From assembly GCF_009914755.1 (NCBI RefSeq), contig NC_060928.1: DNA of 64,000 nucleotides; one strand, 5' to 3'. The notes under the pieces are model-generated. The model was given only the letters and a program-made list of their open reading frames with translations. It ran no database searches and was not told the DNA's origin. A program made the translations under genes and the position numbers. This DNA is from the human T2T-CHM13v2.0 reference genome, Homo sapiens. This document shows positions 24,341-39,889 of this stretch, one piece after another (within the stretch, counting starts at the first letter, position 1; the number at the start of each line of letters is the position of its first letter).

Positions 24341-25461
24341 TCTAAGAAATGTATTAGAATTGCAGACAGAATGAGGAAAAATTGTTCTGTAATAAATCTA
24401 TACCTAATCAAAATTAAATTTTAGTTTATATTAATAGATCAATTTTTGAAGAGAAGTATAAAAATATATATCAATTTCTCTCTAACCAAATGTTTATTCA
24501 TAATATCTTATATTTTAATTTACTTATTCCATTGGATCTCTACTGAAAGTGTGGAGAAATATAAGATGACAATATCTTCTTTATAATCATACATACAGAA
24601 ATAAAGGAAAAAGGGAAGGAAAGGCCACATGTTGATAATGCTTTGACACGGAACAACCCTTATTGATACCATAGCAAAGGCACAATTCCTACAGGAGGGT
24701 CATTTGTTTTGATTGTTAAAAAATAAAAATATAATGTATGTTCCATTCTTCCCCTTTAAAAAACATAAATAGGTTTAATTTAGTTATAGTATACATTTCT
24801 TTTCTATATTTATCAAGTCAACTGAGTTTTATAAATTCTACTAACAAAAGCACAGTGAGGAGAAGCAGGGAGAGAATTGTGATGGAAGAAACAAGCCTTA
24901 TTTCTTCAGATTCTAATGGTGTGAAAAAATACAGGAAGAAGAATCTGATTTAGAAACACATTCCACCAATTACTTTTCTTGTTGTCTGCAATCATATATT
25001 CATTGCCTGTTAGATTTGTTTGCAAAAATTTGCTTTGTGCCTTGTTCTAAAATATGGTAATGTGAAAATATGCACACACTATAACAGTAAAATGAAATTA
25101 AAAGAAGTAAGCAAAAAAATAGTTTAGAAAAAGAAGATAAGGCCTGGTATGCTTGATATATAGGTTTTATAATAAGAGGTGATTTCTACTTAATAAACAT
25201 GGGTTACAGAATGAATAAAGAACTATCTAACATCCAAATGACAAGAAAAAATAAGTTACAAGATTTAAATCTTTAATTATTCTAGAAAAAAGTGATTAGT
25301 TCTAACATCTAGATCAAAGATAATACTTACTTTATTATAAGATGTTAAACTGAGTTTTTATGCTGTGACCATTACTGTCGTGTACAATTTTTCTGAATAA
25401 ACAAATGAACAAATACTGACTGGTTAGGATTAAAGTTACTTCATTGATTTCTAATTGTATA

Positions 25462-27848
25462 GAAGTATACCTTGTGTTATTGCAGTTTGCTTTATTGCAT
25501 GACACAAGTATCCTTTTTTTTTTTTTTTTAACAAATTGAAGGTTTATGGTAACCCTGCATCCAGCAAGTCTATAGGCACCATTTTTACAAAAGGAGGTAC
25601 TCACTTCATGTCTCTGTGTCACCTTTTGGTAATTCTCACAGTATTTCAAATTTTTTCATCGCTATTATATCTGTTAGAGTGATCCTTGGTATTACAATTG
25701 TAACTGTTCTGGAGGACCACAAACCACACCCATATAAGACTGTAAACTTAATTGATAACTGTTATGTGTTCTGACAGCTCCACAGACCAGTCATTCTGTT
25801 GTCTCTTTCCCTTTCCTCTAGCCTCCCCATTCCCTAAGAAACAACAATATTGAAATTGTGCCAATTAATAACCCTATAATGACATTTAAGTGTTCCAGTG
25901 AAAGGAAGAGTTGCATATATTTCACTTTAAACCAAAAGCTATAAATAATTAAGTTTTGTGAGAAAGGCATGTAAAAAGCCAAGGCAGACCAAAAACTAGG
26001 CCTCTTGTACCAATTAGTAATTTGTAAATGCAAAGAAAAAGTTTTTGAAGGAAATTTAAAGTGCTACTTTAGTGAACATACAAATGATAAGGAAGTGAAA
26101 CAGTTTTATTTCTAATATGAAGAAACTTTTAATGGTCTGAATAGAAGATCAAACCAGACACAACACTCACTTAAGCCAAATCGCAATCTAGAGCAAAGCC
26201 CTAATGCTCTTCAATTCTATAAGGGGCTTAAGAGTTGATGAAGCTGCAGAAGAAAAGTTTGAAGCTAGCTGAGGTTGGTTCATGAGATTCAAGGAATGAA
26301 GGAATGAAACCATCTCCATAACATAAAAGAAAATAAAAGTGTAAGGTGAAGCATCACATGCTAATGGAGAAGCTGCAGCAAGTTATCCAGAAGATCTAGC
26401 TAAGATAATTGATAAAGGTGGCTACACTAAACAATAGATTTTCAATACATATATAACACTCGTATATTGAAAGAAGATGCCATCTAGAACTTTCATAGCG
26501 GGAGAGGAGAAGTCAATTACTTGCTTCCAAGTTTCAAGGGACAGATTAACTCTCTTGTTACGAGAGGTAATCCATCTAGCCACTTTAAGCTGAAGTCAGT
26601 GTTTATTTACCATTTGAAAATCCTAACACCCTTAAGAATTATGCAAAGTCTACCTTGCCTGTGGTCTGTAAATGGAAGAACAAAGCATGGATAGCAACAT
26701 ACCTGTTTTTAGCAGGGTTTGGTTAATAGTTTAAGCCCACTTTTGAAACTACTTCTCACTAGAAATATTACCCTTTCGATTATCACTGCTCATTGACAAT
26801 GCATCTAGTCACCCGTGAGCTCTGACCGAGATGTACAAGGAAATAAATGTTGTTTTCATGCCTATTAACACAACATCCATTATACAGCCATTAATCAAGG
26901 AGAAATTTCAAGTCTTATTTAAGAAATATATTTTGTAAGGCTACAGCTGCTATAGAGAGTGATTCCTCTGATGGCTGTGAGCAAAGTAAATTGAAAACAT
27001 TCTGGAAAAGATTTATAATTCTAGATGCTATTAAGAACATAAATGATTCTTGGGGGAGGTAAAACTATCAACATTCACAGCAATTTGGAAGAAGTTGTTT
27101 CCATCTCTCATGGATGATTTTGAGGAATTCAAGACCAGTGGAGGAAGTAAGTGCAGATGTGGTAGAAACAGTAAGAGAACTAGAATTAGAGGTGGAGCCT
27201 GAAGATGTGACTGAATTCCTACAATATCAGCATAAAACTTGACAGGGGGAGCTTCTTATGAATGAGTAGATAATGTGGTTTCTTGAGATGGTCTCTACTG
27301 GTGATCATGATGTGAACACTGTTGAAATGACAACAAAGTATTTAAATATTATATAAACTTAGTTAATAAAGTAGTGGCAAAGTTTGAAATAATTGACTCC
27401 AATTTTGAAATAACTTCTACTATGCATAAAATGTTGTAAAACAGCATCACATATGACAGAGAAATATTTCATGAAAGGAAGTCAGTTGATGTGGAAAACT
27501 TTATTTTTGTCTTATTTGTAGAAATTGCCACAGTCACTCAATCTTCTGCAACCACCACTCTCATCAGTCAGCAGTCATCAACGTGGAGACAAAATCTGCC
27601 AACAGCAAAAAGATTATGACTCTCTAAAGGCTCAGATGATCTTTAGCATTTTTAGCAGTGTTTTTAATTAATGTATGTAACTTGTCTTTTTTAGGCATAA
27701 TGCTATTGATCACTTAATAGACTACAGTATAATGTAAATGCAACTTTTATATACACTGGAAAACCAAAACATTTGGGTGACTTGCTTTAGTGCTCTATTA
27801 AATTTATTGTGGTGGTATGAAACCTGTAATGTCTCTGAGATATGCCTC
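25462..27848 (+). mobile_element. Full-length Tigger1 DNA transposon, transposase decayed
   Basis: ~2.39 kb; termini gaagtatacctt / gagatatgcctc match the Tigger1 TIR CAGGCATACCTC; TA/CA flanks; remnant LLIDNASSHP near 26787. Confidence 0.95.
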
Positions 27849-28419
27849 CATATTAATTTTAAAATAGACACGAAGTAATCCTCAACATTTAGAACATTTA
27901 TTTTGGACTGATGCTTGGTTATTAAGCTAAAATAAGTCAAGTAATTCACTTTATTAAATTATAAAAATTATTAAATCTACTATTTGTTTAAGTTTCCATT
28001 ACAAATTTGTGTGCTTCATGTTTGAAGTTGTATGATAATCTATTTATATGATATAGCAGAGAGGAAAATAAAGGCATAATGTTTATTTTTAATTGAATTT
28101 GTTCTTAGTCATTTGTATCAATAAAGTAAGAAGATTTCCAACAACTTAATGTGTTTCTATTAGTCATAAAAAGTATCACTATACTAATGTATAGTCATCA
28201 GTCCTCAATTATTTTCTGGACATAGGCTCAGCTCTTCATGTGAAGGTCATTATTATATTCCTATATGATGGTTGAAATGATCAGTGACTTCTGCGTAATA
28301 GATGTCATGTTTTTATGCACCTTCATTCATCTGCCTAATTTTATATCTCCTCCTCTAATATATTTTCATTTGCTTGTTTTTCTTATTTTTCAGTGTACTT
28401 TAAATTATATGGCCTTATA

Positions 28420-28599
28420 AAGAGTCCCTTATAAAACCATCAGATCTCATTAGAACTCACTCACTATCACAAGAACAACATGAGGAAAACTGCCCCTATG
28501 ATCCAATTACCTTTACCTGTCCTTTCCTTGACACTTAGGGATTACGAGGATTTTAATTCAAGATGAGGTTTGGGTGGGGACACAAAACCTACCATATCA
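28420..28599 (-). mobile_element. THE1 LTR 5' half (truncated)
   Basis: cttataaaaccatcagatctc...gaactcactcactatcac...aattcaagatgaggtttgggtggggacac...ccatatca. Confidence 0.9.
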
Positions 28600-29029
28600 G
28601 TAGACATTATGTTAGTTTCTTTGAATACTATGAATAAGCTGTAAATAGATAATAAAAGTTTCTCAATGTGCTTTCCAACAGTCAGTAAACAAGAGAATTT
28701 TGTAAATAGTATACAATTTTATATCACTGCATTCTTGAGGAATCTGATACTGAATAAACCTTTACCTTTCTGACTTACTATACCTTATTTTTAAACAAAT
28801 TTAGTTATTTTAACTGCACAGATAAAGCATATTCATGATCTGTCAATAATTCCTATAGACTGAGGATCAACTTTGCTGCATACCAAGCTTCAAACATATT
28901 CATAGCACTGGATTTTAAAAAGTAATCATAAGTATAGTACTGGGCAAGAAATTTCAGTAAATCATAGTAGACTAATTACTGTTGGGAAAACAACTTATTT
29001 CAAAGAATCTCTTTTCTCTATGTGGTATA

Positions 29030-29150
29030 GCTTAATAGTAATTTCAGGAGTATAATTTCAGCCACTGGAATCAGATATATCTAGGTTTTAATCTCCATTT
29101 TACCAACAAACGACTTTGTGATCCAGAATTTATTTCTTAAACTTTTTGCT
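29030..29150 (+). mobile_element. MIR 5' half
   Basis: ctggaatcagatatatctaggttttaatctcc...tgtgatcc...cttaaact parallels MIR ctggagtcagactgcctgggttcgaatccc...tgtgacc...cttaacct. Confidence 0.6.
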
Positions 29151-29152
29151 GA

Positions 29153-29919
29153 ACATTCTCTATGGCAACTCTATTCTGTTACATTGTTCTATGCATCTTA
29201 TTTTCTACCAGTAACATGCTGTTTTGATTACTATAGCCTTGTAGTTTAATTTAAAGTTGGGTAATATAGGCCAATGCAGTGGCTCATGCCTGTAATCCTA
29301 GCATTTTGGGAGGCTGAGGCAGGCAGTTCACTTGATGTCAGGAGTTCGAGACCAGCCTGGCCAACATGGTGAAACATTGTTTCTACTAAAAATGCAGAAA
29401 TTAGCCAGGTGTTGTGGTGCGTGCCTGTAATCCCAGCTACTCGGGAGGCTGAGGCAGATGAATCATTTGAACCCAGGAGGTGGAGGTTTTAGTGAGCTGA
29501 GATCATGCCATTGCACTCCACCCTGGGGGACAAGAGCAAAACTCCATCTCAAAAAAAAAAAAATGGGTAATATGATACCTCCAGATTTATTATTTTCGTA
29601 TAGGATTGCTTTAGCTATTTGGGCCCCTATTTGGCTCCATAAATTTTAGGATTGTCTTTTCTAATTCTGTAAAAAATATATTGGTATTCTGTCAGTAATT
29701 GTGCTGAATCTGTAGATTGCTTTGGGAGGTATGGTCATTTTCATGATATTGACCCTTTACATCCGTGAGCATGGATGTATTTTCATTTGGTTGTGGTCAT
29801 CTAGATTCCTTTCAGCAGTGTTTTATAGTTCTCCTTGTAGAGATCTTCCAGGTCTTTGGTTAAGTATGTTCCTATGCATTTTATTTTATTTTGTATTTCT
29901 ATTGTAAAAGGGATTTATT
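29153..29919 (-). mobile_element. L1PB-type ORF2 fragment, probably the inverted 5' part of the L1PB4 at 30033-34946
   Basis: Antisense ORF2 sequence ctatagccttgtagt...ccagattt...ctgaatctgtagattgctttggg...attgtaaaaggg. Confidence 0.85.
29269..29562 (+). mobile_element. AluS
   Basis: Full dimer with A tail; TSD tgggtaatat on both sides. Confidence 0.95.
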
Positions 29920-30032
29920 CTTGTAATTACTATCTTTGGAAGTTTTAATATGTGCTTGATGGTGTGCCAAGGACTTTATACTATCATGTTAATACTTCAA
30001 ACAAATCTCTGAAATAGATGATACTCTCTTGA
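29920..30032 (-). mobile_element. MIR 3' half (inverted relative to the 5' half)
   Basis: Reverse complement gtatcatctatttcagagatttgtttgaagtattaa...taaagtccttggcacacc...gcacatattaa parallels the MIR 3' half. Confidence 0.6.
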
Positions 30033-34946
<4,914 letters not shown>

Positions 34947-35043
34947 AGTAATAACATGTATTGACAATTTATAATTATGTTTCGTTCTCAAAACAATTAA
35001 TTGAAAAAGAAAATTACTTTTATATAAAGACCTCTATAGCTGG

Positions 35044-35161
35044 AATGACCATATAATTTATTTTCCAAGTCAGTACAATTCGAGGGGGAAGGGAACACTA
35101 TTAATAATTTTGCCATAACAACAAACTTGGGTCGAGCTGGCCTAGACTTGTGGTGCCTCTA
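35044..35161. mobile_element. MER81-like hAT-Blackjack MITE
   Basis: tgaccatataatttat...ccaag...cactattaataatt..gcc..aacaaca matches the recalled MER81 consensus. Confidence 0.65.
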
Positions 35162-35519
35162 ATTGGAGTTTTTCTGCAGCAGAATAGAAATTTTAATAAG
35201 TTTTGTTTGATTCTGACATACCAGACTTTCTTCCAACAAAACATACATTAAACATAAACAATAGTGAAGAAAAATTTATATGGATATTCATTGTGAAGTA
35301 AACCAAGTGAGAAGGAGAGACAAAGTTTATTCTAGAGCCCTGAGAATGAACATAGTCACATCTTTTTTTAAGGACTCTAGATAGGGTGGCCTATTTTTCC
35401 TGTCATTAAAATAAAAAGCTTAGAATTCCGTGACTCATTGACCTCTTTCAATCATCAGTCCCAAAATGTTCACCAGTAAATGAAGGTCTTTTCTTGTATT
35501 TTGCATAGATTACTTTGAA

Positions 35520-35895
35520 ATCTCTGGGATTCTAGAATTTCTGTAAAATGTTCAAATTTCTTGGAATTAATAAAAATGCCTTTGTTTTCTTCACCACCAA
35601 GGAATAAAGTAACCTCCTTCCAGCTGTCCTATCCAAGAAAATTGCTTCCTACACCCACACACCATATACAGCACAATTTCTGTTATTTTATTAAATTATG
35701 TTGTATTTTCTCCATGATACTAACCACAGGAAGAATTGATGCTATTAGTTTATTTAGGTCTTTGTTTATTGACTGTTTATCTGAAAAGTAAACTATATGA
35801 GGACTGTAGTTTTATCTGTCACTGCTACGTCCCTAATGAGTAGAATAATAACTGGAACGATAGATGCATCATTAGTATCTATAGAAAGAATAAGA
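35520..35895 (+). mobile_element. L2 3' fragment
   Basis: tttattgactgt...gtaaactatatgaggactgtagttttatctgtcactgctacgtcccta is L2-like. Confidence 0.55.
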
Positions 35896-35960
35896 TATTT
35901 GCCCCTAAAATGAAACAGTTTTGTGAAATTTGCCACGTCAGGTGGTTTTGGAAAATACTA

Positions 35961-36042
35961 TTATGTTGGTGCAAAAGTAATTGCGGTTTTTGCCATTGAA
36001 AGTAATGGAAAAAAACACAATTATATTATTGCACCAACCTAA
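35961..36042. mobile_element. MADE1 (Hsmar1-derived) MITE
   Basis: 82-bp near-palindrome ttatgttggtgcaaaagtaattgcgg...ttgcaccaacctaa flanked by TA on both sides. Confidence 0.95.
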
Positions 36043-36389
36043 TATAAAATAATGATGCTAATTAGAACATAGGTGAGAAGCAGGTACCAAAGTTACTTTC
36101 AGCAGTCAAAAGTATTACAGCCAGAAAATACTGGAGCTCTAAAACTTGCCAAAAATGTACTTTTTTAAAAGAAAAAAAAAATACATCAGACACATCAATA
36201 AATGACACAATATTAATAACCATATGTAATACAGTGCACTATTGCTGTGTGTGGAAAATTGAAAATAGCACAACTGACCCTAATTTCTGACTGAGAACAA
36301 ATGAAATCAAATACAAATCTGAGTGTAAATAAATTCCAAATAACAATGTTAGGATTAAGGTTTATTGATAGTTCTACCCATATATGCTG

Positions 36390-36422
<33 letters not shown>

Positions 36423-36447
36423 CGACGGATGTCTGTGTGTGTGTGTG
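36390..36447. repeat. Compound (TA)n(TG)n microsatellite at an Alu tail
   Basis: Direct reading of the sequence. Confidence 0.9.
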
Positions 36448-36724
36448 TTTTGAGACACATTCTGTCACCTAGAATGTGTCTCAAACGACACCTAGGTGTC
36501 ATTCTGTCACCTAGGCTGGAGTGCAGGGGCACGATGGTGACTCTGGTGATCCCTCCACCTCAGCCTCCAGCTTATCTGGAACTACAGCCATGCTAATTTT
36601 TTTGTAGAGACAGGGGTTTCCCCATGTTGTCCAGGCTGGTCTCGAACTCCTGGGCTCAAGTGATCCACCTGCCTTGGGCCTCCCAAAGTGCTGGAATTAC
36701 ACATGCCAGCCACTGCACCTGGTC
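36448..36724 (-). mobile_element. Degenerate AluJ-like element with deletions and a templated insertion
   Basis: ggctggagtgcag...ctcgaactcctgggctcaagtgatcc (J-type)...cactgcacctggtc. Confidence 0.85.
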
Positions 36725-36732
36725 TATAATGA

Positions 36733-37056
<324 letters not shown>

Positions 37057-38479
37057 ATTTTACTTATATTATAATGAGCTTCACCACCACTAATTTTAGA
37101 CATGCTCCATGTTCTTTCTCTGATTATACTTGTCATAGGCTAGATATGAAAGGCAATGGAATTCTGAAAATTCAGAGTACCTGAACATGGAAATGTCTAA
37201 TGCTTATTAATGTGAAAGCTGAATGTTATCAAATATTTTCAACATATGTTAATATTGCAAGTTTATGCCCCAGCATTAGAATTATGAATTTTATATTTAA
37301 TGATGTGTCACCTACATTCTCTCCATACCTTATTATTTGGCAGTGTTATGTTTCTAATATAATATAATCTCATTTTGTTTTAACCTAAAGAACTAAAGCA
37401 ATGAGATAATTCCTTACAAAAACAATTTCCAGTAAAATGATTATCTGCATCTTTCAAATCAAATATTTGCCTAATATTCAGTATGTTAATGGCTGGGTTA
37501 AGGTTGGTATTTATAACTTTGTCTTTCTTCCAAGGACAGTTTTATTTTATTCTTTGATCGCAAGAGGAAATTAAATAAATTTTAAAATAAAGTAATAATG
37601 CATATAAAATTTATACTTTACTAACATTATGCATTTCTTCTGATATAATCATCCTCTGAAATATCAGCTCTAAAACTGATAGATTGCACAAAATTAAAAA
37701 TCATAAGTTAAATTTTAAAATATTAGTGAAGATCTATTATACCCATGAAAAAACAATTCTCCTAGTTTACAAAACATGATCACATTATTCATTACCTTTT
37801 TCTTATCATTTTTCTCCTCTTCAAAGTGCAGATAGCAATATCTCCTGTTCCTACATTTCGGTTTGGAAGTGCATAGGAAGTAATTCCATCTTTAGATACC
37901 TTACTGAGGAAACTAGAATACCAATGCTCTCTTTTCTTTTGCACTCAGTGTCATAAAAGTATGAGAACTGAAGTGTACACATAGTTATTATATTTGAAAT
38001 CATGAGGAGAAGTGCATAGAGCTTCAGGGCAGACATAGTATGAAACAGAATACTTTGTCCTTGGAAGAGGCTTACATAAGGTTAGTTTGTCTTCTAACCA
38101 GCAGCGTGGGTCTAAATTCCAAGTCAATCCTGTTAGGGAAGTTTCCAGAAACTATGTTCTTTTGTGAGAGCCCATGATCCTGCAATTTTGCCGGTGCCGT
38201 CCTACTTACTACTATCCTCTGTCCTTTTGAACCACTCCCTTCACCAATAATTTTCCCCTTCAATCTGAGCATGCTGAATGTCTGGCACTATTATGTAAAT
38301 TATTATTAATCTTTGCTAAGAGAGCATACTGACACATAATTTCCTTACTATGTTCTCTAATACATTCATTATGAAACAATGTGTATCAGAAACATTAATG
38401 TAGTATCCAAGTTACCCCATTACCATTTTCATCAAATTTCATAAATCTTTGTTATTTTCAGCTCTTACAAACAAAAAAC

Positions 38480-39478
38480 TGAAGGGGGCCAGCACCTCCA
38501 CACCTGTGAGTATTTCTCGTCAGGTGGGACAAGAGACTGAGAAAATAAATAAGACACAGAGACAAAGTATAGAGAAAGAACAGTGGGCCCAGGGGACCGG
38601 CACTCAGCATAGGGAGGACCAGCACTGGCACCAGTCTCTGAGTTCCCTCAGAATTTATTGATTACTATTTTCACTATCTCAGCAAGGGGAATGGGGCAGG
38701 AGGACAGGGTGATAGTTGGGAGAAGGTTAGCAGGAAAACATGTGAGCAAAGGAATCTGTGTCACAAATAAGTTCAAGGGAAGGTACTATGCCTGGATGTG
38801 CACGTAGGCCAGATTTATGCTTCTCTCCACCCAAACATCTCAGTGTAGCAAAGAGTAACAGAGCAGCATTGCCGCCAGCATATTTCGCCTCCAGCCACAG
38901 GGCAGTTTTCTCCTATCTCAGAATAGAAGGAATGTACCATCTGGTTTTACACCGAGACATTCCCTTCCCAGGGACATGCAGGAGATGGAGGCCTTCCTCT
39001 TATCTCAACTGCAAAGAGGCCTTCCTCTTTTACTAATCCTCCTCAGCACAGACCCTTTACGGGTATGGGGCTGGGGGATGGTCCAGTCGTTCCCTTCCCA
39101 TGAGGCCATATCTCAGGCTGTCTCAGTCGGGGGAAACCTTGGACAATACTCAGGCTTTCTTGGGCAGAGGTCCCTGCAGCTTTGCGCAGTGCATTGTGCC
39201 CCTGGTTAATTGAGAATGGAGAATGGTGATGACTTTTACCAAGCATACTGCCTGTAAACATATTGTTAACAAGGCACATCCTGCACAGCCCTAGATCCCT
39301 TAAACCTTGATTCCATACAACACATGTTTCTGTGAGCACAGGGTTGGGGCTAAAGTTACAGATTAACAGCATCTCAAGGCAAAACAATTTTCTTAGTACA
39401 GATCAAAATGGAATTTCTTATGTCTTCCTTTTCTACATAGACACAGTAACAGTCTGATCTCTCTGTCTTTTCCCTACA
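38480..39478 (-). mobile_element. HERV-K(HML-2) solo LTR, LTR5A-like, 999 bp
   Basis: Reverse complement starts tgtagggaaaagacagagagatcagactgttactgtgtctatgtagaaaagg and ends gctggcccccttca; perfect 6-bp TSD aaaaac at 38474-38479 and 39479-39484. Confidence 0.95.
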
Positions 39479-39704
39479 AAAAACAAACACTGGCTGGTTT
39501 ATAATTACATGACAATCTGTGACAGAATTAAAGGCAGAGTCTAAGTCTACAAGCATGCCTTCCTTTCTGCCACTATGACTTGCTGTTTAGAATTAAACCC
39601 AGCTGAAAGCATGGCCATGCATCCTCTTGAGGGAGACAGAAAGGACTGGTAAGTGATTGAACAGTTAGCTTATGCTTTAAATTTGAGTTTCTTTCATATT
39701 GCAG

Positions 39705-39889
39705 TGGTGGTTCAGAAAAGAAAGAATTGGTCACTACTAGAGTCCTTGGTTCAATGTAAGCATCATCCCCACAGGGTTGAAAGAGCTTTGAAATATAACG
39801 GATCCCTTCCCAATCCCCAAGCCTACTCATCTCCAGCCCTGAACAAAGAACAGAGAGTGCAAATAATACAAAAAGAGATGATGGAAACG
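39705..39889 (+). other. Candidate 185-nt internal exon (possibly lncRNA)
   Basis: Acceptor tttctttcatattgcag| and donor ACG|GTGAGT in non-repeat sequence; one frame is open across it. Confidence 0.35.

Noticed and set aside
22288-28599. The two opposite-facing THE1 LTRs as ends of one rearranged provirus
   Set aside because: Their sequences differ substantially, and the 28420-28599 piece has no polypurine tract or internal sequence next to its 5' end.
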